From Bacteroidota bacterium (GTDB lineage: Bacteria; Bacteroidota; Bacteroidia; UBA7662), in contig SYHX01000052.1 in NCBI GenBank assembly GCA_005799025.1, positions 1 through 59,678 on the forward strand: 59,678 bases of DNA, in the 5' to 3' direction. Positions within the stretch are counted from its first letter, which is position 1. Every line of letters begins with the position of its first letter. The notes below the pieces were generated by a model. It was not told the DNA's origin. It made no database searches and saw only the letters and a list, made by a program, of their open reading frames with translations. The position numbers and the translations under genes were made by a program. Below, piece after piece: positions 1 through 10,781 of the stretch.

Positions 1-115
1 ACTCTGCCATCTCTCCGCCGCAAATGTACACCCAAAAGCGGTTTTGGAGGCCATAAACCCTCCTGTGGGCCCTTTAGGGCATAAAGGCAAGGACCCAGGG
101 TTTACCGAATTAAGA

Positions 116-1474
116 TTATACCGACTCGGGGTCCTTGGGCATTGCGCCAGCGGTCAGGTGCAGAAAGCGCAGGATCAGGAAGATGGCCGAAAGGAGCAGG
201 CCTCCAGCCAAGGCCATCCACATTCCATACAAGCCGTAGGAACTATGGAGGACCAGGTAGGTTCCCAGGGGAAGGGCCACGACCCAATACGCCACCAAAA
301 CCAAGAGGGTGGGAACGCGTTTATCCTCCATGCCCCTAAGCAGACCCACACCGAGGGCCTGCAGGCCGTCCACCAATTGGAAAGCCGCCGCGATCAGGAG
401 CAGGGTCGAAGCGGAGCGAAGTACCACCGAATCGCTTACATAAAAAGCCGGGAGTTCCCGGTTCCAACCCACAAAAATCAAAGCGCAGAGGCTCATCAAG
501 GCCAGGGTCATTCCCATGGCGACCCAACCAATGCGACGGGCCAGCCTCAAATCGTCCAAGCCCCTAGCGTACCCAATGCGTATGGATGCAGAGGAGGAAA
601 TACCAACGGCTACCATAAAACTCATGGAAGCGATGTTGATGGCTACCTGGTGTGCCGCCAGGGCCTCGGCTCCCAACCATCCAATGACCACCGCTGCTCC
701 GGCAAAGGCCGACGTTTCGAAAATGAACTGGAAGGCCGAACTCAGACCCAATACCAACAAGCGAAACAACGGTTGAATATGAACATAGCGAAGGCGGAAT
801 TGATGTGACCAATACACCCTTAATTCCTTCTGATTGAGAACATAAGCCATCATCGCCAAGGCCATGATCCATCGGGCGATGACCGTGGCCCAGGCCGCCC
901 CTTCAACCCCCATGGCCGGAAACCCCCAGCGACCAAAAATCAAAAGGCTGTTTAATCCAATATTCAAAGGGATACTCAAAACGGCGATCCACAGCGCAGG
1001 CTTCATCCATTCCAGCCCTTCGATAAACTGCCGAAAAGCTTGAAAAAGCATGATGGGCAAAAAGGAATACCCCAAGGCCTGCAAGTAGATCCGCATCTGT
1101 GCTTCCACTTCCGGTTTTTGGTTCAAAAGCGATAACCAAGGCATGCCAAGCATCAAGAGTCCTTGCATCAAGAACCCGGCCAAAAGGCATACCCAAAAAC
1201 CATGCAACAAAACCCTTCCGCCTTCTTCGGGATCTCCTTGACCGCGCGCATGGGCGCTCAGCGTGGTGACCGCCAGCGATAACCCAATACCAAAAACCAA
1301 AAGCACATTAAAAACCCCTACCGCCACCGATACCCCGGCCAGGGGCACGGCCCCCAGGCCTCCAACCATCACCGAATCCACCACCGATTGGGCCATATGA
1401 CTCATCTGCCCCAAAATGATGGGCCAAGCCAGGACCCAATGGTCCCTAAGCAGGGTGCGGTTGGTAGGAATCAC
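116..1474 (-). CDS. MATE family multidrug/toxin efflux transporter
   Basis: The 452-aa ORF is polytopic and hydrophobic throughout. The N-terminus (WPIILGQMSHMAQSVVDSVMVGGLG) matches the typical MATE/NorM-DinF opening. The long antisense ORF 44..808 is treated as a shadow of this gene. Confidence 0.85.
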   Translation of the reverse strand: MIPTNRTLLRDHWVLAWPIILGQMSHMAQSVVDSVMVGGLGAVPLAGVSVAVGVFNVLLVFGIGLSLAVTTLSAHARGQGDPEEGGRVLLHGFWVCLLAGFLMQGLLMLGMPWLSLLNQKPEVEAQMRIYLQALGYSFLPIMLFQAFRQFIEGLEWMKPALWIAVLSIPLNIGLNSLLIFGRWGFPAMGVEGAAWATVIARWIMALAMMAYVLNQKELRVYWSHQFRLRYVHIQPLFRLLVLGLSSAFQFIFETSAFAGAAVVIGWLGAEALAAHQVAINIASMSFMVAVGISSSASIRIGYARGLDDLRLARRIGWVAMGMTLALMSLCALIFVGWNRELPAFYVSDSVVLRSASTLLLIAAAFQLVDGLQALGVGLLRGMEDKRVPTLLVLVAYWVVALPLGTYLVLHSSYGLYGMWMALAGGLLLSAIFLILRFLHLTAGAMPKDPESV

Positions 1475-1478
1475 GACC

Positions 1479-3152
1479 TTATTGGGTTGGAACGCGGCGA
1501 AGGTAGCGAAAGTCCGGGAGGTTCAGTGGACTCACATACCAACCCGTCCAACCGTTCTGCAGAACATGCTGCATTTGGTCGTAATACAAGGCCAAATACG
1601 GCCTATCCATTTGCATGAGGGAATCCATTTGACGGTACAAAAGCACGCGCTCAATGGGATTACTTTCTTGCAAAGACTGGAGGTAAAGCCGATCATAGTC
1701 AGGGTTACGGTAACACGTATAATTGGGACCGTTCGGTACGGAATAAGGGCCGTATCCCAGGGCGAGGTAATTCTCGGCATCAGGATAGTCGGCGATCCAG
1801 CTGGCCCTAAACATCGCCGCTTCTTGTCCGCTGATCATTTGGCGAAGGGTAGGGCCTTGGCTTATTCGAATTTGGACTTGAATGCCAAGCGCAGCCCATT
1901 GGCTTTGAAGATATTGGGCGATGTCTGCATACGATGGATTGGTTTCCAAAGGTAAGGGAAGAGGTCGGTCTGGACCATACCCAGCTTCATTCAAATACTT
2001 GAGGGCTAATTGCTTATCATAGGGATCGTGGTGCAATGGGGAAGACTCCAATTTGCTGGAATCAAAGCCGGGCAAACCTGGAGGAACGAGACCCCCAAAG
2101 GCCGGATAACCAATACCGCGTCGTAGGGCCCTCACTAAAGTTATTCGGTCGGTTCCATGGTGTAAGGCCTTACGGACCCGATCATCTTGCAACGCAGGAT
2201 GCGCCGCTTGTGCCGAGGGATTCATCAGGAAGCCAATGTATTCGGTGTTGAGGTAGGGACCCTTTATGATTTGAAAATTGTTGCGATCATGAGATTTCAA
2301 GCCTTGGGATTTCTTGGACAGGTATCGTTGGAACGCCGGATCCCAACCCCATAGTACGTCCAATCGGCCTTGAAGGAAGGCCATGGCAGCGGTGCTTTTG
2401 TCCGCCATGAAGTGAACCTGCACAGCCTCGAGGTAGGGGATGGCTCGGCCTTCGGCATCCTTTTCGAAATAAAGCCCATGACGGTGCAACGCCATACTTT
2501 CGCCCTCTTCCCAAAACGCCAATCGAAATGGGCCCGTGCCCACAGGGTGCGACCTAAACTCTTCGGAATAATTTTTCACCGCTTCGGGTGCAACGACCGA
2601 ACAATAGCCCATGCTGAGCAAACCTAGCATCGGAGGGAATGGCGAGCGAAGGTGAATCTCCATATGCAATGAATCGGTAGCCAGGATTCCGCGAGGGGCG
2701 AGCCTATCCCGAAATATCCAAGCACCCGAGGAAGCTGTAGCAGGATCCATGAGCCTCTTGAGCGAGTACACCACGTCATCGGCCCTAAGTAGACGAGTAG
2801 AAGCATCGTGTCCGCCGAAACATGCATTGGGATGAAACCAAACCGAATCCCTGAGGGTAAACCGGTAGATCAACCCCCCAGAATCGATGGACCATTGGGA
2901 GGCCAAGGAGGGAACGGGTTCTTGAGCATGGTTCAATTCCACCAAGCGATTGTACAAGAGCCTTGCTGTCCAATTTCCTGCCTGATCCCTCGCATGGGCG
3001 GGATCTAAACTCAGGATGGGGCTTTCTTGGTTGTAATGAAAAACATCACCACGAGGGCTTGTTTTGTGGCATGATGCAAGGATGCCCATCCCCAATAACC
3101 CAATAAACCATGGAATCAGGGCACGTATCATGGTTGTATCTTTGAACATCAT
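1479..3152 (-). CDS. ABC transporter substrate-binding lipoprotein, family 5 (peptide/nickel type)
   Basis: Size and sequence are typical of SBP_bac_5 (LVELN...PSLASQW, WFHPN, YRLAFWEEGES). The ORF opens with GTG at 3218, but ATG at 3152 (or 3131) gives a lipoprotein signal MMFKDTTMIRALIPWFIGLLGMGILASC. I therefore prefer the shorter start. Confidence 0.8.
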   Translation of the reverse strand: MMFKDTTMIRALIPWFIGLLGMGILASCHKTSPRGDVFHYNQESPILSLDPAHARDQAGNWTARLLYNRLVELNHAQEPVPSLASQWSIDSGGLIYRFTLRDSVWFHPNACFGGHDASTRLLRADDVVYSLKRLMDPATASSGAWIFRDRLAPRGILATDSLHMEIHLRSPFPPMLGLLSMGYCSVVAPEAVKNYSEEFRSHPVGTGPFRLAFWEEGESMALHRHGLYFEKDAEGRAIPYLEAVQVHFMADKSTAAMAFLQGRLDVLWGWDPAFQRYLSKKSQGLKSHDRNNFQIIKGPYLNTEYIGFLMNPSAQAAHPALQDDRVRKALHHGTDRITLVRALRRGIGYPAFGGLVPPGLPGFDSSKLESSPLHHDPYDKQLALKYLNEAGYGPDRPLPLPLETNPSYADIAQYLQSQWAALGIQVQIRISQGPTLRQMISGQEAAMFRASWIADYPDAENYLALGYGPYSVPNGPNYTCYRNPDYDRLYLQSLQESNPIERVLLYRQMDSLMQMDRPYLALYYDQMQHVLQNGWTGWYVSPLNLPDFRYLRRVPTQ

Positions 3153-3157
3153 CGACA

Positions 3158-3171
3158 GGGTAAATTTACCC
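3158..3171. repeat. Perfect 14-bp palindrome GGGTAAATTTACCC between the SBP gene and parA
   Basis: Read directly from the sequence; it is its own reverse complement. It sits 6 nt upstream of the preferred SBP start (3152) and 66 nt upstream of the parA ATG. Its function is unknown. Confidence 0.6.
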
Positions 3172-3236
3172 TCGTTCCTTGGTCCGGGACCACCAAAGCA
3201 CCTCAAACCAGCCAGCACCCTTCACATCGATAATCA

Positions 3237-4040
3237 ATGGGTAAAATCATCGCAGTTGCCAACCAAAAAGGGGGAGTTGGGAAGACCACCACGGCCATTA
3301 ACCTGGCCTCCGCATTGGCCATCCTGGAATACAAAGTCCTCATCATTGATGCAGACCCGCAGGCCAATGCAACTTCCGGATTAGGCACAGATCCCAAAAC
3401 CGTCAAAGCTGGAATTTATGAGTGCCTGGTCAATGGACTTAGCGTCAAAGAAACCTTAATTCCAACTCAGGCAGAGCGCTTGTGGATGCTTCCCGCCTCG
3501 ATTGATTTGGTGGGCGCAGAAATTGAAATGATTAATCGCCCACAGCGTGAACGAATCCTCGAAAATTCATTGGAGGGCGTTCTCGATTCTTTTGATTTTG
3601 TGATCATTGATTGTTCACCATCCCTTGGACTTATCACCATCAATGTTTTGACGGCAGCGAATTCCGTGATCGTACCGGTCCAATGCGAGTATTTTGCCTT
3701 GGAAGGTCTGGGCAAGCTCTTGAATACCATCAAAATAGTGCAGAACCGCTTCAACCCGGAATTGCGCATTGAGGGAATTCTTTTGACCATGTATGACGGT
3801 AGGTTGCGCTTATCCAACCAAGTGGCGGAGGATGTTCGTAATAATCTGGGTCACATGACCTTTGATACCATTATCCACCGAAACACCCGGCTTAGTGAAG
3901 CACCTAGCTTTGGTTTGTCGGTCATTCATCACGATGCCGCAAGCAAAGGTGCCACCAATTATCTGCACCTTGCCCGCGAAATTCTCCAGAAAAACAACTA
4001 TACCCAGGTGGCCGAAGAGGATCGCTACCTGAACGATTGA
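3237..4040 (+). CDS. parA: Chromosome partitioning ATPase ParA/Soj
   Basis: The deviant Walker [23 protein letters not shown] is present. The protein is 267 aa and is immediately followed by parB. Confidence 0.93.
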   Translation: MGKIIAVANQKGGVGKTTTAINLASALAILEYKVLIIDADPQANATSGLGTDPKTVKAGIYECLVNGLSVKETLIPTQAERLWMLPASIDLVGAEIEMINRPQRERILENSLEGVLDSFDFVIIDCSPSLGLITINVLTAANSVIVPVQCEYFALEGLGKLLNTIKIVQNRFNPELRIEGILLTMYDGRLRLSNQVAEDVRNNLGHMTFDTIIHRNTRLSEAPSFGLSVIHHDAASKGATNYLHLAREILQKNNYTQVAEEDRYLND

Positions 4041-4041
4041 T

Positions 4042-4932
4042 ATGGCAGCAAATCCCAAAAAGCTTGCTTTAGGCAGAGGCCTGAATGCCCTCCTATCGTC
4101 CGAGGATCAAGAAGTACTCCAACAGGCTGTGCGCGAAGGCTTCATTCCCGTGGATCAAATCAAAGTCAACCCTTTCCAGCCAAGGGATCAATTCGATCAA
4201 CAAGCCATGGATGAGCTCAAACAATCCATTGAACATTTGGGGATCATTCAGCCCTTGACGGTGCGCAGATTGGGACCTGGTTCGTATCAGCTGATTAGCG
4301 GGGAGCGAAGACTGAGGGCGGCACGTTTGCTCAAGATGACCGAAGTGCCTGCCTATGTCGTGGACACTGGTCAGCAGGGTATGATCGAAATGGCCTTGGT
4401 CGAGAACCTCCAAAGGAAAGATCTCAATCCCATCGAAATTGGTTTAGCCTTGGCCCGCCTTCAAGAAGAATGCAATTTGAATCAGGACCAAATCGGTCTT
4501 CGGGTAGGGATGTCCAGGCCCAACGTTAGTCATTACATGAGGATGGTCAAATTGCCGCCCGATATTCAATGGTCCATCCGCAACGGGGATTTGGAAATGG
4601 GCCATGCCAAAGTCTTGGCGGGATTGCCTCTCATCGAGGTTCAGTTGGATCTGGCCAAACGTTGCCTTGCGGGGAATTGGAGCGTGCGTACTTTGGAAGC
4701 GGCCGCTAAGGCCATGGGTTCCCAAAGACCAACTTCAACGAGTAACGCCAAAGAAACCGCCCCATCGCTTTCAGGCCCCTACCAGCAGGTTCAAACCCGA
4801 TTGAGCAGACATTTTGAAAGTCCGACCAAAGTTCAGGTTCAAGCCAATGGCAAAGGCGAGATTCGCATTCCCTTCACCGATACCGATGACTTGAATCGCT
4901 TGTTGGATTTAATATTCGATGGGACCTTGTAG
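4042..4932 (+). CDS. parB: Chromosome partitioning protein ParB/Spo0J
   Basis: Carries the ParB box motifs LGRGLNALL and GERRLRAA plus an HTH region. It starts 2 nt after the parA stop. Confidence 0.9.
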   Translation: MAANPKKLALGRGLNALLSSEDQEVLQQAVREGFIPVDQIKVNPFQPRDQFDQQAMDELKQSIEHLGIIQPLTVRRLGPGSYQLISGERRLRAARLLKMTEVPAYVVDTGQQGMIEMALVENLQRKDLNPIEIGLALARLQEECNLNQDQIGLRVGMSRPNVSHYMRMVKLPPDIQWSIRNGDLEMGHAKVLAGLPLIEVQLDLAKRCLAGNWSVRTLEAAAKAMGSQRPTSTSNAKETAPSLSGPYQQVQTRLSRHFESPTKVQVQANGKGEIRIPFTDTDDLNRLLDLIFDGTL

Positions 4933-5500
4933 AGTGAAATATTTGTGGGTCTTTTTGTGGGTTTTCTGCGGACTTTCATGGACCTGTTTTGCAGGGGATG
5001 GGCAAGATTCCTTGTACCTTCAATCACCATCCAAGGTGACATTACGCGCAGCCTTGATACCTGGCTGGGGGCAAATCACGAACCGTGCTTACTGGAAAGT
5101 CCCGGTGGTTTGGGGCGGATTGGGTTTTATGGCATACCAAACATCGCAAACCGCTGATTTGTATCTCACATACCGCAACGCCTACCGCGATCGGACCGAT
5201 GGAGACCTCAACACAGTGGATCCCTTTGTGGGCAAGGATACCGAGGCCTCCCTCATCCAAAAAAGAGATTTGTTAAGAAGAAGCCGAGACGCCTACGTTT
5301 TGTTAAGTCTTGCCGCCTATGCCTTGCAGATTCTGGATGCCCATGTGGATGCTCACCTCAAGGCCTTTGATCGATTGGATTTCAGCGTAGTTCCCGCCAC
5401 ACCGAATGTGATTCCACGTTCTACCACGAATGATTTTTCCAACGTATGGGCATATCGGCCAAGCGCCTCACTTACCTTGAGCCTTCGTTATCGATTCTAA
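4919..5500 (+). CDS. DUF5683-like membrane-associated protein
   Basis: The motif PGWGQITNRAYWKVPVVWGGLGF is typical of the DUF5683 gene that follows parB in Bacteroidota. The start is either ATG 4919 (14-nt overlap with parB) or GTG 4934. Confidence 0.65.
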   Translation: MGPCRVKYLWVFLWVFCGLSWTCFAGDGQDSLYLQSPSKVTLRAALIPGWGQITNRAYWKVPVVWGGLGFMAYQTSQTADLYLTYRNAYRDRTDGDLNTVDPFVGKDTEASLIQKRDLLRRSRDAYVLLSLAAYALQILDAHVDAHLKAFDRLDFSVVPATPNVIPRSTTNDFSNVWAYRPSASLTLSLRYRF

Positions 5501-5517
5501 ACCAATACGTTGAAGGT

Positions 5518-6249
5518 ATGAATTTGGTCTTTTTGGGCAAAGGGAAATTAGCACAGGTCACCATGGAAATTGCCCAAGAAAGGGGGCACCAACTAGTGGG
5601 GGTTCATGATTCGGCTCACCCTTGGGTGACCCCCATCAACAAGAACGATGTGGACATGGTCTTTGAAATGAGTCGTCCTGAATTGGTCCATGCTCATGTT
5701 CTGTCGGCTTTGGAGCAGGGTCTACCTATGGTGATTGGGACTACAGGCTGGTATGATCGATTACCTGAAATCAAAGAACATTGCGAACGATTGGAGGGTA
5801 GCGTGTTATGGGCATCCAATTTCGCGCCTGGTGTTCAAGTTTTCAGGAGATTGGGGCGAACCCTTGCGGCCATGCTTGATGCATTACCTGATTTTCAATT
5901 GGAACTTCACGAGTCTCATCATTTGCAAAAATTGGACAGCCCCAGCGGCACGGCAATTCAAACAGCCCAGGACCTGCTGTCCTCTTCCAACCGTTATCGT
6001 CGTTGGTTGCCGGAATTATCCGCTGATCCCCAAACTTTACCAATAATTAGTCATCGATTAGAAGACGAGGTGGGCACTCATACTTTGGTAGCTCAAAGCG
6101 ATTTCGAACATATTTCTTTGGAGCACAAGGCTAACCACCGTAGGGCCTTTGGTTTGGGGGCTGTACTAGCTGCAGAATGGCTGAAACAGCGTCAAGGTTT
6201 TTTTACCGTGGATCATTACTATGAATCCTTGTGGGGACTGTGCCAATAA
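5518..6249 (+). CDS. dapB: 4-hydroxy-tetrahydrodipicolinate reductase
   Basis: Motifs seen are MNLVFLGKGKLAQ (Rossmann), VIGTTGW, ESHHLQKLDSPSGTA and the HKANHRRAFGLGA tail. I chose the ATG at 5518 rather than the ORF-track start 5446, which overlaps the upstream gene. Confidence 0.85.
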   Translation: MNLVFLGKGKLAQVTMEIAQERGHQLVGVHDSAHPWVTPINKNDVDMVFEMSRPELVHAHVLSALEQGLPMVIGTTGWYDRLPEIKEHCERLEGSVLWASNFAPGVQVFRRLGRTLAAMLDALPDFQLELHESHHLQKLDSPSGTAIQTAQDLLSSSNRYRRWLPELSADPQTLPIISHRLEDEVGTHTLVAQSDFEHISLEHKANHRRAFGLGAVLAAEWLKQRQGFFTVDHYYESLWGLCQ

Positions 6250-7302
6250 TTATCCAAACAAGTTCGGATTACGGGTAGGCGGAATTTTGCCTAGATGACG
6301 GTAGGCCCGCTCGGTGAGTTCACGGCCACGAGGGGTTCGTTTCAGATATCCTTCTTGAATCAGAAAGGGTTCATACACTTCTTCGATGGTCCCAGCTTCT
6401 TCGCTCACGGCGGTGGCTATGGTATTGAGGCCAACCGGTCCCCCAGAGAATTTTTCGTGAATGGTCATCAAAATCCGATTATCCATTTCGTCCAATCCGT
6501 GATGATCTACCTGCAGGGCGTTCAGCGCTATGGACGCAATCGCTTTGTTGATAATGCCTTGTCCCTTGATTTGGGCAAAGTCTCTGGTTCTTCGTAACAA
6601 GGCATTGGCTATACGGGGAGTGCCTCTGCTGCGACGTGCGAGCTCTTCGGCTCCTTCCGCTTCGATGGGAACACTCAAGATTGCAGAGGAACGAGTAATG
6701 ATCTTGGCGAGCAGGTTGGCATCATAGTATTCCAAACGTGCATTGATGCCGAAGCGTGCCCGCAACGGAGCCGTTAATAAGCCAGATCGGGTGGTGGCCC
6801 CGACCAGGGTGAAGGGTTGCAGACCAATTTGAACCGACCGGGCATTGGGTCCGCTATCGATCATAATGTCAATACGAAAATCTTCCATAGCTGAATACAG
6901 GTATTCTTCCACCACAGGACTGAGCCGGTGTATTTCGTCAATGAAAAGCACATCGCCTGCTTGTAGGCCCGTCAACAGACCCGCCAAATCCCCGGGCTTT
7001 TCCAAAACCGGACCACTGGTGATCCTAATCTGGGCCTTCATTTCGTTGGCGATGAGGTGTGCCAAGGTTGTCTTGCCCAAACCAGGAGGCCCGTGCAACA
7101 AGACATGATCCAAGGCTTCAGCCCGACCCAAAGCAGCGGCCACAAAGACCTTGAGGTTATCCATGACTTTGTCCTGCCCTGCAAAATCCCCGAAGGTCTT
7201 CGGCCTCAGCTGTACTTCTTGTTCTTGTTCTTGTTCAGGCTGAACGGATTCCAAACCCTCGGCATCGAGATGGGGATTGCGCATGTTCAAATTTACGGCC
7301 AT
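6250..7302 (-). CDS. ruvB: Holliday junction branch migration helicase RuvB
   Basis: Motifs seen are [12 protein letters not shown], Walker [23 protein letters not shown], and [12 protein letters not shown]. Confidence 0.96.
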   Translation of the reverse strand: MAVNLNMRNPHLDAEGLESVQPEQEQEQEVQLRPKTFGDFAGQDKVMDNLKVFVAAALGRAEALDHVLLHGPPGLGKTTLAHLIANEMKAQIRITSGPVLEKPGDLAGLLTGLQAGDVLFIDEIHRLSPVVEEYLYSAMEDFRIDIMIDSGPNARSVQIGLQPFTLVGATTRSGLLTAPLRARFGINARLEYYDANLLAKIITRSSAILSVPIEAEGAEELARRSRGTPRIANALLRRTRDFAQIKGQGIINKAIASIALNALQVDHHGLDEMDNRILMTIHEKFSGGPVGLNTIATAVSEEAGTIEEVYEPFLIQEGYLKRTPRGRELTERAYRHLGKIPPTRNPNLFG

Positions 7303-7345
7303 GCGGCCTGCCCTAGCGTTGGAAGGTGAGGAATTGTGAAGTAAA

Positions 7346-8098
7346 TTGCATGCTATGGCATCGGACGCTCTAATTATTGTTCCTACCTACAACGAGAAAG
7401 AGAATATTACGGCCTTTCTGACCAAGGTTCTCAGTCTATCGTACCCCTTCGAAATACTCGTGGTGGATGATGGGTCTCCGGACGGAACCCAGGACCTTGT
7501 TCGTGAGGTTATACACCGAAATCCAGGTCGGGTCCATCTTCTTGCGAGAGCAGGCAAGATGGGCTTGGGAACTGCATATATCGCAGGATTTCAATGGGGA
7601 TTGCAGAGGGACTACAAGTATTTCTTTGAGATTGACGCGGACTTTTCCCATAACCCTGAAGATCTCCTTCGATTGCTTGCGGCATGCCTCGAAGAAGGCT
7701 GCGATATGGCCATTGGTTCACGTTATGTTACTGGGGTTAATGTGGTAAATTGGCCCATGAGCCGTGTAATGATGTCTTACTTTGCATCCCGTTATGTTCA
7801 GTTCATCACGGGTTTGCCGATTCATGATGCCACAGCCGGATTCAAATGCTATACCCGACCCGTCCTGGAGAAGATCAATCTTCAGCAAATTCGCTTTGTG
7901 GGGTATGCATTTCAAATTGAAATGAAGTTCAAGGCTTGGATGTGTGGCTTCAAAATCAAAGAAGTCCCCATCATTTTCACCGATCGGACATTGGGAACCA
8001 GCAAGATTTCTAAAGGAATTGTCCAAGAGGCTGTATGGGGAGTGATTAAATTGAGGTGGTGGGCGATATGGGGAATGCGCAATGCTTATAACAAATAA
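7346..8098 (+). CDS. GT2 polyprenol-phosphate mannosyltransferase-like glycosyltransferase
   Basis: The motifs [22 protein letters not shown] and [11 protein letters not shown] match the Dpm1-like GT2 signature. The protein is 250 aa. Confidence 0.85.
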   Translation: MHAMASDALIIVPTYNEKENITAFLTKVLSLSYPFEILVVDDGSPDGTQDLVREVIHRNPGRVHLLARAGKMGLGTAYIAGFQWGLQRDYKYFFEIDADFSHNPEDLLRLLAACLEEGCDMAIGSRYVTGVNVVNWPMSRVMMSYFASRYVQFITGLPIHDATAGFKCYTRPVLEKINLQQIRFVGYAFQIEMKFKAWMCGFKIKEVPIIFTDRTLGTSKISKGIVQEAVWGVIKLRWWAIWGMRNAYNK

Positions 8099-8109
8099 AA
8101 AACGTTTGG

Positions 8110-8952
8110 ATGTTATCAATCGGGACCTATGATGATGTGTTGAAAGAAGCAGGTCGCTCCGGTATGTTCCTCATCGCTGGTCCTTGCGTTGTTGAATCGG
8201 AGGACTTATGCCAAGAAATAGCCGAAAGGGTCCAATTGCTTTGTGCTGAACGAAACCTGCTCTATGTATTCAAGGCTTCGTACCGAAAGGCCAATCGCTC
8301 ATCGGCAAGTTCTTTCACGGGCATCGGTGACCACGAAGCCTTGGGTATCTTGGGTCACATTCGGGAGCGTTATCGTTTGCCGGTTCTAACCGATATCCAC
8401 GATGCGCAGGAGGCCTCCCTTGCCGCGAACCATGTGGATGTACTCCAGATACCGGCCTTTCTTGCTCGGCAAACCGATTTATTGGAGGCCGCCGCCCGCA
8501 CAGGCCGTTGGGTTAACATCAAGAAAGGTCAATTCATGTCCGCTTCATCGATGAAATTCGCAGCGGAGAAGATAGAGCGACTGGGCAACAAACAGATTTG
8601 GCTCACCGAAAGGGGAACCCAATTTGGTTACCATGATCTGATTGTGGACTTTCGTTCCATACCGCGCATGCAGAGCCTTGGATATCCGGTGGTAGTGGAC
8701 ATAACCCATTCCCTGCAACAACCCAATCAAGATAGCGGGGTGACCGCAGGAACTCCGGAATTCATCGAAACCATTGGCAAAGCCGCCATTGTCTGCGGTG
8801 CTCAAGGTATTTTTCTGGAAACCCACCCCAATCCATCCCGTGCTTTATCCGATGGGGCGAATATGCTACCTCTCAATCAATTACCGCACTTATTGGACCG
8901 ATTGATAGCGCTGGACCAAACGGTTCGTTCCTTCGCTACGGAAGAATCTTGA
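8110..8952 (+). CDS. kdsA: 3-deoxy-8-phosphooctulonate (KDO-8-P) synthase
   Basis: Motifs seen are IAGPCVVES, FKASYRKANRSS, IPAFLARQTDLL and DITHSLQ. The protein is 280 aa. Confidence 0.9.
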   Translation: MLSIGTYDDVLKEAGRSGMFLIAGPCVVESEDLCQEIAERVQLLCAERNLLYVFKASYRKANRSSASSFTGIGDHEALGILGHIRERYRLPVLTDIHDAQEASLAANHVDVLQIPAFLARQTDLLEAAARTGRWVNIKKGQFMSASSMKFAAEKIERLGNKQIWLTERGTQFGYHDLIVDFRSIPRMQSLGYPVVVDITHSLQQPNQDSGVTAGTPEFIETIGKAAIVCGAQGIFLETHPNPSRALSDGANMLPLNQLPHLLDRLIALDQTVRSFATEES

Positions 8953-10774
8953 TTTGTGTACGGCGATTGAGGGCTCGGCCCTCGGTACTGTTGTTATCGG
9001 CGATGGGCTGCGAGGTTCCGTAGCCTACAGCACGGAGTTGATTTGCTGCGCACCCTTGACGGACCAGAGATTGACTCACGGCCTCAGCCCTTTGTTGAGA
9101 TAGGATTCGATTCTTTTCGTTGTTACCTGTATTATCGGTATGGCCTTGGATTTCGATGCGAAGCTCTGGGTTCATCTTGATCCATGCAGCCAATTGAAGT
9201 AAGGATGCCTTGGAAGCTGGCAAAGGGGTGGATTCATTCACCTCAAAATAAATATCGCGCAGAATCCATTCTTTTTCTGTTTTGAGACTTTGTTGTGAAT
9301 CAAGAATTTGAGCCAAAACGGGAGTCTCAGGATCCATTAGGGGTTGGGCCGAAGGGGCCAATCCAAGGCGATGCAAGATGATACGGCCTTGGTGCGGCCT
9401 ACTCATCCATGCTGAATTTCCGTTCGCTTCCAAAGCCAATCCCATTTCATCTTCATGGGTATTAAGGGGATAACCCAAATTGGTAGGTTCATCCCAGAGG
9501 ACGATGGGAACCCCCAAACTTGCCAGAAGCTGAAAGTCTTTAGTCCAAGAACTCGGAAGCATAGCAACGGAGTCTGCGATTTTTCGAGCTCTGTACAGAT
9601 CCATATTGCCCATACCTTCTCTGCCGGCAGAGGCAAAATACAAGTCCCTACCGTTGGGATGCAGGTATGGACTGTTCTCGTTATATGCAGTGTTCAAGGC
9701 AGGGCCAAGGGGTACGGGTGCAGTCCAAAGGAGTTTATCAGGTTCCATGTCCCTCCACTGCCACCAGGGCATGGGTTCAGGGTTTCCCAACGTATCCAGC
9801 GGCCAATCGGTGGAATCTATTTTCCCGTAACTAACCCACAAATCACTGCCACCAAGACCACCCTTGCGGGTACTTGCAAAATATAAAGTCAATCCATCAC
9901 TGCTGAGGGTGGGTTGCGCATCCCAACCGGAGGAGTTGATTACCGAACCAGCCCATACGGCATTTTGCCACCGTCCTTGCTGACGAATACTGTAATACAA
10001 ATCGCAAGATCCCAGGCCTCCATCTCTGTAACATCCCGTGAACCAAATCATTTGTCCATCCGAGCTTAACCAGCAGCCCCCTTCATCCAAATCAGAGTTT
10101 AGAGGACTTTCCAAAGCTTTGGCCTGTTCCCAAGTACTATCGATAAGATTGCTTTCATAAAAATCTTCGCCATCTGATCCCCTTCGCGTAAAAACGATTT
10201 GGGTTCCGTTGTGGCATAGGCAAGGCAGGTAGCTAGAGCCATCACCCAATAACGCTACAGGGGCCAACTGAGATTTGAGGGGTTCAGGTTTCTTCATGGC
10301 CTCCATTGCCCAAATGGCTTGTTTACGCCACAAGGCAAGATCACGGATTTGCATCTCCGAGGCTAATCGAAAGGAAGGTATATCTGCGCACTCTGCAAGC
10401 ACCATGGCATAGTCTCCAAGGTTCATCGCGGCTTGGGCCAAACCGTGGTAGGCTTTGATAGACAATCTATTATGAAGACGAATGGAAGTTTGTAGTGCCT
10501 TCACGGCAGAAGCCCATTCTTGCAATTTCATATGAAGCTCGCCCAAGGTCAACCAAGCGGGGGCATATTCCGGGTATTGTTGGCAAACTTCCAAAACCTT
10601 GGTTGCGGCTTTGGCGTATTCTCCCAAGGTGGCCGGTTCTATGGCCTTGGCTAAAGAAGCCTCAGCCTTGCGCTGATCCACGTAAATCAATTCGTCGTTT
10701 TGCGCAAAGACGCAAGGTCTGAGACCCAAGATGAGGGCAAAGCCTAATCCCGCCGTTAGCAGGGCCTTCCCCAA
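8936..10774 (-). CDS. OmpA-family outer-membrane/peptidoglycan-associated protein with TPR and TolB-like (PD40) repeats
   Basis: The C-terminal OmpA domain is present (IQGHTDNTGNNEKNRILSQQRAEAV...NRRTQIKI). It is preceded by repeated SDG..L.F(T/A) PD40-like units and N-terminal TPR-like helices. The ORF runs up to 10987, which would overlap queE by about 200 nt. TTG at 10774 (or 10795) gives the signal peptide (M)GKALLTAGLGFALILGLRPCVFAQ. The start is uncertain. Confidence 0.8.
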   Translation of the reverse strand: MGKALLTAGLGFALILGLRPCVFAQNDELIYVDQRKAEASLAKAIEPATLGEYAKAATKVLEVCQQYPEYAPAWLTLGELHMKLQEWASAVKALQTSIRLHNRLSIKAYHGLAQAAMNLGDYAMVLAECADIPSFRLASEMQIRDLALWRKQAIWAMEAMKKPEPLKSQLAPVALLGDGSSYLPCLCHNGTQIVFTRRGSDGEDFYESNLIDSTWEQAKALESPLNSDLDEGGCWLSSDGQMIWFTGCYRDGGLGSCDLYYSIRQQGRWQNAVWAGSVINSSGWDAQPTLSSDGLTLYFASTRKGGLGGSDLWVSYGKIDSTDWPLDTLGNPEPMPWWQWRDMEPDKLLWTAPVPLGPALNTAYNENSPYLHPNGRDLYFASAGREGMGNMDLYRARKIADSVAMLPSSWTKDFQLLASLGVPIVLWDEPTNLGYPLNTHEDEMGLALEANGNSAWMSRPHQGRIILHRLGLAPSAQPLMDPETPVLAQILDSQQSLKTEKEWILRDIYFEVNESTPLPASKASLLQLAAWIKMNPELRIEIQGHTDNTGNNEKNRILSQQRAEAVSQSLVRQGCAANQLRAVGYGTSQPIADNNSTEGRALNRRTQIKILP

Positions 10775-10781
10775 ATTAAAT

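Noticed and set aside
44-808. A 254-aa ORF on the + strand, the longest ORF not called as a gene.
   Set aside because: It lies entirely antisense to the well-supported MATE transporter gene. Its composition (Gln/Gly/His/Pro-rich, with no hydrophobic core pattern) looks like a shadow ORF. No motif was recognised.
7218-7235. The hexanucleotide repeat (CTTGTT)x3 in the 5' part of ruvB, encoding EQEQEQ.
   Set aside because: It is in-frame and only three units long, in a poorly conserved N-terminal extension. At most it is a source of length polymorphism, not a phase-variation switch.
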